DNA of 64,000 nt from Anaeramoeba ignava BMAN (lineage: Eukaryota > Protista > Anaeramoebae). This document shows, in pieces, positions 11,325 through 28,600 of the stretch. The notes under the pieces were generated by a model. The model worked only from the letters and a program-made list of their open reading frames with translations, was not told the origin of the DNA and made no database searches. The position numbers and the translations under genes are program-made. The stretch's first letter is position 1; each line of letters opens with the position of its first letter. The DNA lies in contig JAPDFW010000086.1 of the NCBI GenBank assembly GCA_028826165.1, positions 1 to 64,000 of the forward strand, written 5' to 3'.

Positions 11325-12116
11325 TTCTATTTTAATTATTTTTAATTAATTTTCTGATCAAATTTTTTTTTTTTAATTTGGGAAAATTGAAAAAAAAAAA
11401 CAAAAATTAGAATTTTTTTTTTGCTTTTAGTTTTTAAGGAAATTTCTTTAATTCTAACTTACTTTTTTTCAATTAGTTTTTTGATTTGGATCGAATTAGA
11501 AATTGTTTTATAAAGAATAATAAATAAAAAAAATTAAATAATTGAAAATTAAATTAAAATTTATTATAAGAAAGTGTTGTTTTGTTTTTTTGGAATTTTA
11601 CTTGTTTGTTTGAGTTGAATTGAATTCAAAAAATTCAAGTAAAAAATGAAAAATTTAAAAGAAAAAAAAAAACACAAAAAAGTAAGTAAACAAAAAAAAT
11701 TTTTTTTTTCAATTTTCCCAAATTAAAAAAAAAAAATAAAACAATAAAGTGGGCAAGTTATAATTTCTCATTATTTTTTTTTTTCAAGAATTAGAGTTAA
11801 TTGGATTTAACAAAACATTTAAGAAATTTAAGATCAATTTTAACTGACTTAAATTAAAAAAAAAAACAAAGAGTTCTAAATTAAAATTTAAAATTTAAAA
11901 AATAAATAAAATTAAAATTAAAATAAATATAATTAAAAATAAAAATATAATTAAAAATAAATTGTTTTTCATTTGATTTTCATTTGTTTTTGAAGTTTCA
12001 AACAGAAAAGAAAAAAAAAAAACTGGAATTTCAAAAAAAAATTTTTTGGAAATTGAATTTCAAAAGAAAAAGAAAAAGAAAAAGAAAGCAAAAAAAAAAA
12101 AAAAAACGGAAAAAAA

Positions 12117-15100
12117 TTATTTTTTGTTTTTATCCAAAAGCAAGACTTTTGGTTTCCAATCCTTTGAATCACCACCAAATTGCATTGGACCTGAACAACG
12201 ATAATGATCAACAATTCTCCAATTTTCTAATTTAGTTTGTAATTCTTTAAATGGAGCTCCATTGACATCAACACCAAAAATTTTAAGTTCAGGTTTTTCA
12301 CTGTTTTCTTTCATATGAAGTAAATCTGTTAAAGGCAATCCTAATGCCTTCCAATTTTTTGTTTCATCTGATAAATTGTTTACTACTGCCATCATTCCTG
12401 TTTGTTCGTGTAATATTAATCTTGCTGCTGTTATTCCTAATGCGTAACAATATGTTGCGTCAAAATTACTTGGAAGTGAACATCTTCCTTCATATCCAAA
12501 ATAATGTGTCATGCATTCGAAAACAACTTTAATTTTCAAAATGAATTTTTTATCCGATTTTGATTTTAATTTTTAATTTTAATTTTAATTTTAATATTAA
12601 TTTTTAATTTTAATTTTAATTTTAATTTTAATTTTATAAATTAATTTTAATTTTAATTTTATAAATTAATTTAAATTTTTATTTTAATTTTTTATCCGAT
12701 TTTAATTTTAATTTTAATTTTAATTTTGATTTTAATTTTAATTTTAATTTTAATTTTAATTTTAATTTTTATTTAATTTTAATTTTATAAATTAATTTTA
12801 ATTTTAATTTTAATTTTATAAATTAATTTTAATTTTAATTTTAATTTTAATTTTAATTTTAATTTTAATTTTAATTTTAATTTTAATTTTAAATTTTAAT
12901 TTTAATTTTAATTTAAATGAATTTTAATTTTAATTTTAATTTTAATTTTAATTTTAATTTTAATTTTAATTTTAATTTTTATTTAATTTTAATTTTAATT
13001 TTAATTTTATAAATTAATTTTAATTTTAATTTTAATTTTAATTTTAATTTTTAATTTTAATTTTAATTTTATAAATTAATTTTAATTTTGATTTTAATTT
13101 TAATTTTAATTTTATAAATTAATTTTTAATTTTGATTTTAATTTTAATTTTAATTTTATAAATTAATTTTAATTTTGATTTTAATTTTAATTTTAATTTT
13201 AATTTTAATTTTAATTTTAATTTTAATTTTAATTTTAATTTTAATTTTAATTTTGATTTTAATTTTAATTTTATAAATTAATTTTAATTTTAATTTTATA
13301 AATTAATTTTAATTTTATAAATTAATTTTAATTTTAATTTTATAAATTAATTTTAATTTTAATTTTATAAATTAATTTTAATTTTAATTTTATAAATTAA
13401 TTTTGAAAAGTACATTTTTTTGATGTGTTTGTAATATTTTTTTGTGATTCCTCATGTGAAAGTTTGTCTCTAATAGACCATTTCAACAATTTTCCTGTTT
13501 CAATCTTTGAAACTCTAACATGACCAAAAGGATCTCTATCAGTCATCAAAGTTTGAGCAATTGGTTTTGGAATTTCACTAAAAAGTTTAGCAGAAACTTC
13601 ATCATCTTTAAGTTTTTGGAGAATTTCTTCATAAGTCCATTTATCTTGTTTAGGATTTTTTTCATAAATTTCATCAATTTTGGAAATTAATCCTCTAAAA
13701 GTATGAATGTGTTGAATCAATCCTTCAGGAATAATAATAACTCCATATGATTTTCCTGCATTAAATCTGTCAATCACAAATTTTGTTAATTGTTCAATTA
13801 ATTCTACAAATCTTAACTTTTGTTTTTCAATATCTTCTCCAATTAATACATAATTTGGATGAGTTTTTAATGAGCATTCTAATGCAATGTGTGATGATGA
13901 TCTCCCCATAACTCGTATGAAATGATAGTATTTCTTTGCTGATAATGCATCTCTCATTATATTCCCAATAAATTCGGAATATACCTTACAAACAGTGTCA
14001 AAACCTTTCCAAATCAATTTTAAATTTTAATTTTATAAATGAATTTTAATTTAAATTTTATAAATGAATTTTAATTTAAATTTTATAAATGAATTTTAAT
14101 TTAAATTTTATAAATGAATTTTAATTTCAATTTTATAAATGAATTTTAATTTTAATTTTATAAATGAATTTTAATTTTATAAATGAATTTTAATTTTAAT
14201 TTTGATTTAAATTTTAATTTAAATTTTGATTTAAATTTTAATATTAATTTTAATTTTAATTTGAATTTTAATTTTAATTTTAATTTTAATTTAAATTTTA
14301 ATTTTGATTTTAATTTTAATTTTAATTTTGATTTTAATTTTAATTTGAATTTGAATTTTATAAATTAATTTTAATTTCAATTTTAATTTCAATTTTAATT
14401 TAAATTTTAATTTTAAATTTAATTTTAATTTTAATTTTAATTTTAATTTTAATTTTAATTTTAATTTTAATTTTGATTTTAATTTTAAATTTAATTTTAA
14501 TTTTAATTTTAATTTTAATTTTACCAGCTGTCATTTCAAGATATTTGCTTCGAATATCACCATCAATTGTTTTTGGGATTGCAATAACTTTTGTTTTATA
14601 CTCTTTTTAATTAGAAATTCAGAAAGTTCAGCAGCATTACAAATTGCATCATCTCCTCCAATTACAACTAATCCATCCAATTCATGAGATTTTAGAGTTT
14701 CATATGATTTTTCAAAGTCTTCATCTGTTGAGATTTTTTCTCTTGAAGTTCCTTTTTTAATGAAAGAAATTATTTTTCCGATTTTAATTTTAATTTTAAT
14801 TTTAATTTTAATTTTAATTTTAATTTTAATTTTAATTTTAATTTTAATTTTAATTTTAATTTTAATTTTAATTTTAATATTAATATTAATTTTAATTTTA
14901 ATATTAATATTAATTTTGATTTTAATTTTAATTTTAATTTTAATTTTAATTTTAATTTTAATATTAATTTTGATTTTAATTTTAATTTTAATTTTAATAT
15001 TGATTTTAATTTTAATTTTAATTTTAATTTTAATTTTAATATTGATTTTAATTTTAATTTTAATTTTAATTTTAATTTTAATTTTAATTTTAATTTTAAT

Positions 15101-16529
15101 TTTGATTTTAATTTTGATTTTAATTTTAATATTAATGTTAATTTTAATTTTAATTTTAATTTTAATTTTAATTTTAATTTAAATATCAACCTAATAAATC
15201 AAATCCTCCTTGATTAAATGATAATTGAATATCTTTTTCAACAATTTCACGATTCTTATTGTTGATAACTCCACCTAATCCATCTAAAAATCCAATAATT
15301 TTGCTTTCAGGATTTAATTTCTTGAAAAAATGGAAAACCCCAACAATTACATTATGACCTCCTGGTGCTGGGCCTCCACTAAAAACAACTCCAACCTTTT
15401 TTTAATTTTAATTTTAATTTTAATTTTAATTTCAATTTTAATTTTAATTTCAATTTTATTTTTAATTTTAATTTTAATTTTAATTTTAATTTTAATTTTA
15501 ATTTTAATTTTAATTTTAATTTTAATTTTAATTTTAATATTAATTTTAATTTTAATTTTAATTTAAATATTAATTTTAATTTTAAATTTAATTTTAATTT
15601 GAATTTTATATTTAATTTTAATTTTAATTTACTTTGAATGGTCTTTGAGTTTCAAATTTTTCAGCTTCAACAATATGTGCAACTTTTCTTCCAAAAGATT
15701 TTGGGAATTGCTTTTGGATTTGTTCTATTTTAATTTGAAATAAATATAAATTGAAATATAAATGAATTTGAATTGATATTGAATTTGAATTTTAAATTGA
15801 ATTTGAATTTGAAATTGAATTTGAATTTGAAATTGAAATTGGTATTGAATTTGAATTTGAATTTGAATTTGAATTTGAAATTGAATTTGAATTTGAATTT
15901 GAATTTGAAATTGAATTGATATTGAATTTGAATTTGAAATTGAATTTGAATTTGAAATAGAAATTGAAATTGAATTTGAATTTGAAATTGAATTTGAATT
16001 TGAAATTGAATTTGAATTTGAATTTGAAATTGAAATTTAAATTGAAATAGAAATTGAATTTGAAATTGATATTGAATTTGAAATTGATATTGAAATTGAA
16101 TTTGAATTTGAAATTGAATTTGAATTTGAATTTGAATTTGAATTTGAATTTGAAATTGAATTTGAAATTGATATTGAAATTGATATTGAATTTGAAATTG
16201 AAATTGAATTTGAATTTGAATTTGAAATTGAATTTGAATTTGAATTTGAAATTGAATTTGAAATTGAATTTGAATTTGAATTTGAATTTGAAATTGATAT
16301 TGAAATAGAAATTGAATTTTGTTATAATTATTATTTAATTTTTGTTTAGATTTGACTATTCAAAAAAAAAAAAAAAGAAAAACAAACCTATATCACCAGC
16401 AGCAGAAGTTTCTTCACCAAATTCAATTTTGGTAGGTTTATCAAATAAAAGAGAATCTGGAATCTCTGGTTTATATTGTAATCTTTCTTTTTGAAGAAGA
16501 CTATAATGATTTGGTATTTCAAAATCCAT
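12117..16529 (-). CDS. PFP: Pyrophosphate-dependent phosphofructokinase (long type), 6 exons
   Basis: Exons 16529-16388, 15724-15633, 15395-15191, 14751-14525, 14004-13414, 12526-12117. Motifs FSGGPAPGGHNV, GGDD, PKTIDGD, GFDT, MGRSSSHIALE, GYEGRC. One A appears to be missing from a homopolymer at ~14604-14608. Confidence 0.93.
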
Positions 16530-16819
16530 TTGTAATTTAAATAATTCAAACAAATCAAACAAAGTTAAAAAATTTTTTTGATTTTAATTCAGAAAAATTT
16601 TTGTTTTATAAAAATTATGTTGTTGTTGTTTTTCTTATTATTTTTTTTTTTCTTTTTGGAAAAAGGAAAAAAATGAAAAAAATTTTTTTGCTTTTATTTT
16701 ATTTTATTTTTATTTTTATTATTTTTTATAACAGCTGGATTTGATCTAAATTAATAAAAAAAAACAATTATTAATCATTATTTGATTTTTTTATTTTTGC
16801 TTTTTTTTTCTCTTTTCTC

Positions 16820-17250
16820 ATTCCACTTTTTTTATATTTAATATTCTATTTAATTTTCTATTTAAATTCCTTAATAATTTTATTTGAATTTAATTTAATT
16901 TAATTTGTATTTATTCTATTTATTCCACTTTTTTTATATTTAATATTCTATTAATATTCTTTTCAAAATCAATAATTTTATTTGAATTTATTTAATTCAT
17001 ATTTATTCTATTTATTCCACTTTTTTTATATTTAATATTCTATTTAAAATTATCCATTTTATTTGAATTTAATTAATTTATATTTATTCTATTTATTCCA
17101 CTTTTTTTATATTTAATATTCTATTTAAAATTATCAATTTTATTTGAATTTAATTAATTTATATTTATTCTATTTATTCTATTTATTCCACTTTTTTTAT
17201 ATTTAATTTTCTATTTAAAATTATCCATTTTATTTGAATTCATTCCACTT
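16820..17250. repeat. Degenerate AT-rich minisatellite (~6 units containing ATTCCACTTTTT)
   Basis: TTCCACTTTT recurs at ~16822, 16923, 17015, 17096, 17186 and 17243 with similar flanks. Confidence 0.75.
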
Positions 17251-19769
17251 TTAAAAATTAGATTGAGTAAATTGTTTTAATTCTCTATCGAAAGAAGCTA
17301 TTTAATTTTAAATTTTAGTTTAAATTTAATTTTAGATTTAATTTTAAATTTAGTTTTTAATTAAGTTTTAAATTTAGTTTTAGATTTAGTTTTAAATTTA
17401 TTTTTAAATTTAAGTTTAAATTTATTTTTAAATTTAAGTTTAAATTTATTTTTAAATTTATTTTTACGATGCTTAGATAATTGTATAATCGTCCAAGTTA
17501 TAAATTCTTTTAAACTTTCATCCAAAACAGAAATCTCAAATAAAGCAGAAATTAAATTTAAAGAAATTAAATCTTCAATATTTTTTGCTAATTCAAATTG
17601 AAAAAAAAAATTTTTTTTCATTTTCATTTTCATTCCACTTTTTTTTTTTTGAAAAAATAAAATTTTACACCATGATTTTGTTGGAGGATCTGATCCATTT
17701 TCAGCTATTGATCGAATTGCAATTAATCCACTCATTACTAAGAAAGAATAAGAAGAATATAAAGACTCAACAAAAATTTGAAAACAACCTTCATTTTTAA
17801 TCGTTTTTTCCATAGATTCTATGATAATTTATTTTTTGTTGATAAGAAAATTTTTTGTTGATTTTTGATTTTTCATTTTTGATTTTTGATTTTTGATTTT
17901 TGATTTTTGATTTTTGATTTTTCATTTTTCATTTTTGATTTTTGATTTTTCATTTTTCATTTTTCATTTTTCATTTTTGGTTTTTCATTTTTCATTTTTC
18001 ATTTTTGGTTTTTGATTTTTGATTTTTGATTTTTCATTTTTGATTTTTTATTCGTTTTTTCCATAGATTCTATGATAATTTATTTTTTGTTGATTTTTGA
18101 TTTTTCATTTCAAAAAAAATAATAATACCATTTTTCAAACAACCTGAAATTGCACAAATAGAATGAGCTTTTAATTTTTCATTTTCTTTTTTGGCTTGAT
18201 TAATCAGAAAATGTATTAAATTTGATTTTAAAATTTGTTGTTCAAATTCTTTCGCTTGAAATTAAATTAAATTGAATTAGATTAAATTAGATAAACTGAA
18301 AGTAAGGAATAATATTTACATATTCTTGCACAAGTTCCAATTATAATGATGAAATCAGTAATTAAATCAGAATCTTTTTCAAATTGAGGATTTTGATTCA
18401 TTTTCAAAGCAATTTTTTCAATCATTTTTTCCTTTTCCAATTTTTCGAATAATTGATTATGTTTTGATGTTGCAACAAGCCCACGAATTGCATGAATCAA
18501 AGCAGAAAACGCTTTTTTCTGAGCAATATCAAAAAATTCAATTAGCATATTAATTAATTGAAAATCATTCGCAAGTTGTTGATTTTCCAAAGAAGAAGTT
18601 GATATTGAAAATAATAAAGAAGATCCTGAAAATATTTTTTTCTGCGAAATAGAGTTTTGATTAAAAAAATGTGTCTTGATAATCGGAATAATATTGATAT
18701 TTTTCATTAAATATTTTGATTGTTCTGGATGTTTTGAAATTATTTTTGAAATTGCTAAACACGAATCACATTGAATATTTTCATTTTCTTCCAATTTTAT
18801 TAATTCAATAAGTTTTTGGATTGAATTTGATGAAATTAATTGGGAAATCCACATATCATTTTTTTCCACAAAATCATTTAATAAACAACAAATATTTTCA
18901 AGAATTTGTAAATTGGATGAATTTAAAAATTGGAAAAATTTTGAACTGTATTTTAATTCAATTAAACGTGGAATTATTGATTCATCGCAATCAATTAAAA
19001 ATGTGAATAATTTCAAAATGGAGTTTATATTTTCTGTGTTTTTCCATTCAAATATGCTTAGACATAAATGAAGAAATTGATTTGAAATTTTTAAATTTTT
19101 TGAGAATTTTGTTTTGTTATTTTTGATCAAATTGAGTAAAAAATCTGAGCTTTCCATAAATAATGAAATATCTTTTTCCAAAGGAATTTGAGTCATGAAA
19201 TTGATTGTGAAAATTGCAATATTTAAATGGTTTTTTTCTGTTGAATTTTTTTAAATATTTTTTTTTAAATTAAAATTCAAATTCAATTTTCATTTTGTTT
19301 TTTTTTAAATTGAACCTGAAAATATAAAAGAATTTAAAAGTTTGATAATAAGATTTTTTAATTCAGAAGAAATAGAATTGATTTTTTGATTCAATAAATC
19401 TAATATTTCTTGAATTAATTGATCATTTTCTTGATTTTGTTGTTGATTTTCCAAATCTTTATTTTTTTTAACAAAAAATTTCAAAAATAAAATATTTTCT
19501 TTCTTTATAAATTGTTTTTTTTTTTTACTTTTAAATGAATCAATAATTTTTAAACAATTTTGAATTTCTTCTTCTTTTTGATTTGATTCAAGGTTATTTT
19601 TAAATTGAAGTAAAATTGGATTTTTTGATTTTTTGCCGAATTTTTTCCATAAAATTAAACTTGCAATTCCAATCACAATTCCTCCAATTACAATAACTTT
19701 AGTTTTTGAAATTGTATTATTTTCTTTATTTTCTTTATTGTCATTATTTTTATTTTCTTTTTGATTCAT
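17251..19769 (-). CDS. N-terminally membrane-anchored ARM/HEAT-like helical repeat protein, ~6 exons
   Basis: N-terminal TM (VIVIGGIVIGIASLILW-KK). In-frame splicing via introns 19315-19238, 18319-18255, 18128-17819 and two further introns. ARM-like helices (IQKLIELIK...CDSCLAISKI; GCFQIFVESL...GLIAIRSIA). Confidence 0.62.
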
Positions 19770-19873
19770 TTAATTATGAAAATGAATGAAAGAAAAAAAT
19801 GAAAAAAAAATTGAAAAAAAATTATAAAAAAATTTTTTCATTTTTTTCCTTTTGTTTTTTTTTCTTCTTCCTC
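19770..19873. promoter_or_regulatory. Compact bidirectional promoter with TCATTTT initiator-like motifs on both strands
   Basis: Only 104 bp lie between divergent ATGs. The left half has AATGAAA repeats (minus-strand TTTCATT) and the right half has TTTTCATTTT. The same layout occurs at 50539-50766 and 60996-61069. Confidence 0.55.
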
Positions 19874-21378
19874 ATGTTTCAAGTTATATTTTGTACTGGA
19901 GGTTATGATCATACAATTCGTTTTTGGGAAGTTCCATCAGGAATTAATTATCATACTATTCAATTTGTGGATTCTGTAATAAATTTTATAAATAAATATA
20001 TAATTAATTTTATAAATAAATATATAAATAAATATATAAATAATTTTATAAATAAATATAATAAATAATTTTATAAATAATTTTATAAATAATTTTATAA
20101 ATAAATATATAAATAAATTATATAAATAAATATATATATAAATATATAAATAAATATATAAATAATTATATAAATAAATATATAAATAATTATATAAATA
20201 AATATATAAATAAATATATAAATAATTTTATAAATAATTTTATAAATAATTTTATAAATAATTTTATAAATAATTTTATAAATAATTTTATAAATAAATA
20301 TATAAATAAATATATAAATAAATATATAAATAAATTTTATAAATATTTATATATATTTATATATATTTAAATTTTATATTTAATTTTAAAAATTGCTTCA
20401 AAAAAGCAAATTAATAAATTGGAAATCACACCGAATAGAAAATATGTTGTTGCAGCAGGAAATCCAACAATCAAACTATATGATATTGAAAGCAACACAA
20501 CAGAAGCATATGCATCACTTGAGGGACACACCAATAACGTAACAGGGATTGGATTTCAAAAGGACATGAAATGGATGTACTCAGTATCAGAAGATAAAAC
20601 AATCAAAATTTGGGATTTAAGAGCAAGAGGTTGTCAACGAGACATCAGAAACACTCACGCAATAAACACAGCAGTGCTCAGTCCTAACCAAGTAGAACTT
20701 CTTACAGGAGATCAGAACGGTGGCATTCGTCGCTGGGATTTGGGCCAGAAACAATGCATTCAAGAACTTATTCCTGACTCCAAAATTCCTGTCAGATCAG
20801 TTACAATTTCAAATGATGCTTCCCTTGTTGCAGCTGCTAATAATGAGGGTAGATGCTTCGTCTGGGCATTGACTAATACTAAAAATAATCTCTCTAAAAA
20901 CGATTCTTCAGACGAAAAAAAAACGATCCAAAAATCCGTTGAAAATCCAACGGAAAATGTCAAAAATTTAAAAGAAAATTCACTTGCAAAAAAAGAAATA
21001 TCTTTTGACCCTCAAGAAAACTCTCTCAACTTAGAGAATCTTGCGGAATTCAAACCGCTTCATAAAATTAATGCTCATAAAACCTATATTCTTAAATGTC
21101 TTATTAGTCCTGATATCAAATATTTGGCAACAACTTCTGCTGATCATACTGTCAAAATTTGGAACATTGAACAGAATTTCGAACTTGATAAAACTCTTAC
21201 TGGTCACCAAAGATGGGTTTGGGATTGCGCTTTTTCTCATGACTCTTGTTATCTTATCACTGGTAGTTCAGACCATGTTGCTCGTTTGTGGGATATTGAA
21301 CAAGGTGAAACTATTCATCATTATACTGGTCATAATAAAGCTATTACTGCTGTTGCTTTATATGATTTTTTTGATTAA
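19874..21378 (+). CDS. LST8: TOR complex subunit LST8 (WD40)
   Basis: Exon 1 19874-19975 (VIFCTGGYDHTIRFWE), intron 19976-20406, exon 2 QINKLEITP...LATTSADHTVKIW...GHQRWVWDCAFS. Confidence 0.95.
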
Positions 21379-21522
21379 TGATTTTTATTTTTTCCCTTTT
21401 TTTTTTTGCCAAATCAAATTTTAATCAATCAATAAAAAAAAAGCAAATAATTTTTTTCTTTTATTTTTTTTTTTGGAATTGAGGAAAAAAAAATATTTGG
21501 AAAATGAATTTCTTTTTTGTTT

Positions 21523-24273
<2,751 letters not shown>

Positions 24274-24479
24274 TTTTTAATTTAAAAAAAAATGAAAAAT
24301 GAAAAATGAAAAATGAAAATTTTGTTTTTTGAATTGAAAAAAAATATTCAAAAATTGAAGATAAAAATTAAACAAAAGGAATAAAAATGTTCATTTTGAA
24401 TGAATTTGAGTCATGTTCTTAATTAATATTTAATTCAAATCAATTATTAATTTTGTTATTTATTAATCAAAATATTTTA

Positions 24480-25275
24480 ATCAAAAAATATCAATTTTCT
24501 TAATTTAATTTATTTAGATTTAAATTTATTTTCATTTAATTTCGTTTTTTAAAATAATTTATTTATTAATTCTTTATTAAATTAATTTAATTTTATTATT
24601 AAAAATTTAATCAATATTTTTGATTAATTTTATATCTATTTTCTTAATTTAATTTATTTAGATTTAAATTTATTTTTATTTTAATTTCATTTTTTAAAAT
24701 AATTTATTTATTAATTCTTTATTAAATTAATTTATTTTATTATTAAAAATTTAATTAATATTTTTGATTAATTTTATATCAATTTTCTTAATTTAATTTG
24801 TTTAGATTTAAATTTATTTTTATTTTAATTTCATTTTTAAAATAATTTATTTATTAATTCTTTATTAAATTAATTTAATTTTATTATTAAAAATTTAATT
24901 AATATTTTTGATTAATTTTATATCAATTTTCTTAATTTAATTTATTTAGATTTAAATTTATTTTTATTTTTAATTTCATTTTTTGAAATAATTTATTTAT
25001 TAATTCTTTATTAAATTAATTTAATTTTATTATTAAAAATTTAATCAATATTTTTGATCAAAAATATCAATTTTCTTAATTTAAATTATTTAAATTTAAA
25101 TTTATTTTTATTTAAATTTCATTTTTTAAAATAATTTATTTATTAATTCTTTATTAAATTAATTTAATTTTATTATTAAAATTTTAATAAATATTTTTGA
25201 TTAATTTTATATCTTTTTTTTTAATTATAATTTATTTAAATTTCTTTATTAAATTAATTTGTTTTATTATTAAAA
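24480..25275. repeat. ~144-bp tandem repeat, ~5.5 copies
   Basis: ATTCTTTATTAAATTAATTT recurs at ~24569, 24714, 24857, 25003 and 25146. Confidence 0.85.
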
Positions 25276-25645
25276 ACTTAGATCTCCTTTTTTCCCTTTT
25301 TTTTCTCTTTTTTTTCTTTTTTTTCTCTTTTTTTTTTGTTCAAAGATCCTTATTAATTTGATCTCTTTATTTTTTATTTTTAAAATTAAAATTTCTTGTT
25401 AAAAGAATTTTTATTTACTAAAATAATTTAAAATAGTTTTATTAAATAGAGGGGACTAAAAAAAAAACTAAAAAAAAAATAAATTAAAATTTTTTTTTGT
25501 TTTTTAATTTTTTTTTTCATTTTTTTTTTCCACTTTTTTTATTTTCAATTTTCTTATAATTTTTATTCAATTTTTTTTTTGATTTAAATTAATTTTAAAA
25601 AAAAAATATTTTTTGTAAAAAAAAAAATAATCAAAAATAAAAACA

Positions 25646-28600
25646 ATGGGTGCTTGTTCAACAAAAGAGATCAAAGAAACAGAAAGTGTGGATTTTGTGG
25701 GAATGAATTTAAATCGAATTCCACAAACAATCCATCAATTTAACAAAGTGCACTCTTTAAACTTATCTGCAAACAACATTAAAACAATACCGACAAAATT
25801 TGTGAAAAAAAACACATTACAACATGTTTATTGGAGTCGGAACCAACTTACAAAAGTCCCAGAAAAGCTCTTCAAACTGAGTAATTTGGAAATTGTCGAT
25901 CTTAGTATGAATAAGATTAGCAAAATCCCAACCAAATTTTCCAAGCTTCAAAAACTCATTGTTCTTGATCTTCATGCAAATTCAATTCATTTTCTTCCCG
26001 AAAAATTATTTTCAAAATTAAAGGCTCTCAAGTCACTTAATTTGGACAGAAATCTACTGACAAAATTCCCATCTTCACTTGGGTCACTTAATAATTTGCA
26101 AGAATTGCATTTATCCGGCAACGGAATTGCGAAAATTTTTGACAACTTTTCAAAATTTCCCAATTTGAGAATTCTCAACTTGTCAAATAACTTGATAACC
26201 GCGTTCTTTGTTGAGAACGCCGCAAAGCATCTTACAAATCTCACAACGCTCGAGCTGGCACAAAACCAGCTTGAGGAGATTCCTGAGTCAATCGCATATT
26301 TCCACGAATTGAAAACATTCAATGCGGATGAGAACCAGATTTTCTTGGTTCATCCCTTTATCGGCAAGCTTCCAAAACTTGCCGTTATTAACCTTTCCCG
26401 CAACAAATTATCTACTCTTGAGATCATAGGCAACGCGCTCAAACACTCACTAATTGATATCAATCTTAGTCATAATCAATTTGAGCAAATTCCCGATAGT
26501 GTGAGTTCTTTTGAATCTTTGAAGTCTCTTTCCATGCGCGGAAATCGAATTGTTCGCTTTAATATACGTTCCCATAATTTACAAGTGCTTGATCTTTCCC
26601 AGAACAGAATCTCCACTTTTAATTCGCAATCCCTGGATTCTTTACAGAACTTAAACATTCTTAATTTAAATGAGAACCTTTTGGCTTCAATTCCTATTCA
26701 AATTTCTCAGTTGTCAAATCTGACCGTTTTGAATTTGAGCAAAAATTTCATTCGGAAATTACCTGATAGCTTTGTCTCGCTCGTAAATCTTGCTGAGCTT
26801 GATTTGTCTCAAAACAAACTGTCGAAATTACCTGACAATTTTGGTTCTCTTTCTTCACTTACTAAGCTTCTTCTTAACGAAAACAATCTCCGGAAACTAC
26901 CAGTGTCTTTTGGTTCAATGGAGAATTTGTGTGTTTTGAATCTGTCCCGAAATCGTTTCCAGCATTTTCCTGAAGTTCTCGCAAATCTTCGCAATCTTGA
27001 AATTCTACAAATCATCACACTGTTTTTTGCGTATTATTCCTAGCTTCATTTCACGGCTTTCTGCATTAGTAGAGCTCAACGCAAGTAATAACAACATATA
27101 TGCAATTGCTCCTGAAATTCATCATTTACGATCATTATCTCTGATCAATTTAAGTGGGAATAAAATTGCAATTTTGCCAAGTGAATTTTTCCGACTCAAT
27201 TCATCTCATTCTCATTCTCATTCTCATTCTCATTCACATTCACATTCACATTCACATTCACATTCACACAAAAATCGGCATCAAACCTTTCTTGCAAATC
27301 ACCAAGAAACGTTAAAAATTGATTTTTCTGGGAATCGTTTAAGAAATTTTGCACCACAATGGTTCACCATGACGAGTCTTCAAGAACTTGATCTTTCTCA
27401 TAATTCCATCAAGAATTTTCCGAGCGATTCTTTTGAAAAGCTTGAGAGATTGGAGGTTCTTAAGCTTTCTTATAACTTTTCTTCTCAAATTTCACTTCCA
27501 GGACTGAAGCATCTTCAATTCTTAGAATTTTTACAACTTGAAGGAAACCAACTTTCATCTGATTTTCTTGAGGAGATTTCCTCACTTTTTTCAACTTCTC
27601 GCGATGTGAATTTATCTTTGGATAGATTTGATGAGCCCATGTATTTCCCTTCTTTATGTGAAATGATGGTTGATCCTGAACCTTCCATTTCCCAAACAGA
27701 TACAACAAGAATCCGTTGTAATTCATCTCGTTTTCGTATTGCATATTCTGAAATGCGTGGACAACGACCCACTATGGAAAATAGTATTGATGTTCGCACT
27801 CGTCTTTCAAATTGTCCAAATGCAGATCTTATTGCTATTTATGATGGTCATGCTGGTCGTGTTTGTGCTGATCGTGCTGCTTTGCATCTTTCTACTCTTT
27901 TAGAGAATCGTTTGATGGAAATGTTTCCTGAGCTTCAATTCCAACAACAATCAAATTCAAATTCAAATTCAAATTCAAATTCAAATTCAAACATTTCAAA
28001 TTATTCAAAAATTCATTTTACTCCTGATTCAATTTATCTCAATCAAAATGAATATCAAAATCAGAATCAAAATCAAAATCAAAATCAAAATCATTTTAAA
28101 AGATATTCAGTTTCTTTAAATCAAAATGAATATTTAAATGATTTACAAAGATATTCAATTTATCAGAATCAGAATCAAAATCAAAATCATTTCAAAAGAT
28201 ATTCAGTTTCTTTAAATCAAAATCAGAATCAAAATCAATATCAAAATTTTAAAAGATATTCCAATTTTCTCAATGAAAATCAAAATCAAAATCAAAATCA
28301 AAATCAAAATCAAAATCAAAATCAAAATCAAAATATAAATCAAAATCAAAATATAAATCAAAATATAAATCAAAATCAAAATTTAAATCAAAATCAAAAT
28401 CAAAATTTAAATCAAAATATAAATTTAAATCAAAATATAAATTTGTATCAAGATTCAGTTTACTATTGCGAACATCCAAATTATTATAATTTTCAAAATA
28501 TAAATCAAAATCAAAATCAAAATCAAAAAGAAAAAGAAAAAGAAAAAGAAAAATTCAAAAAAATCCAAAAAAAAATCCAAAAAAAAATATTCAAAAAAAC

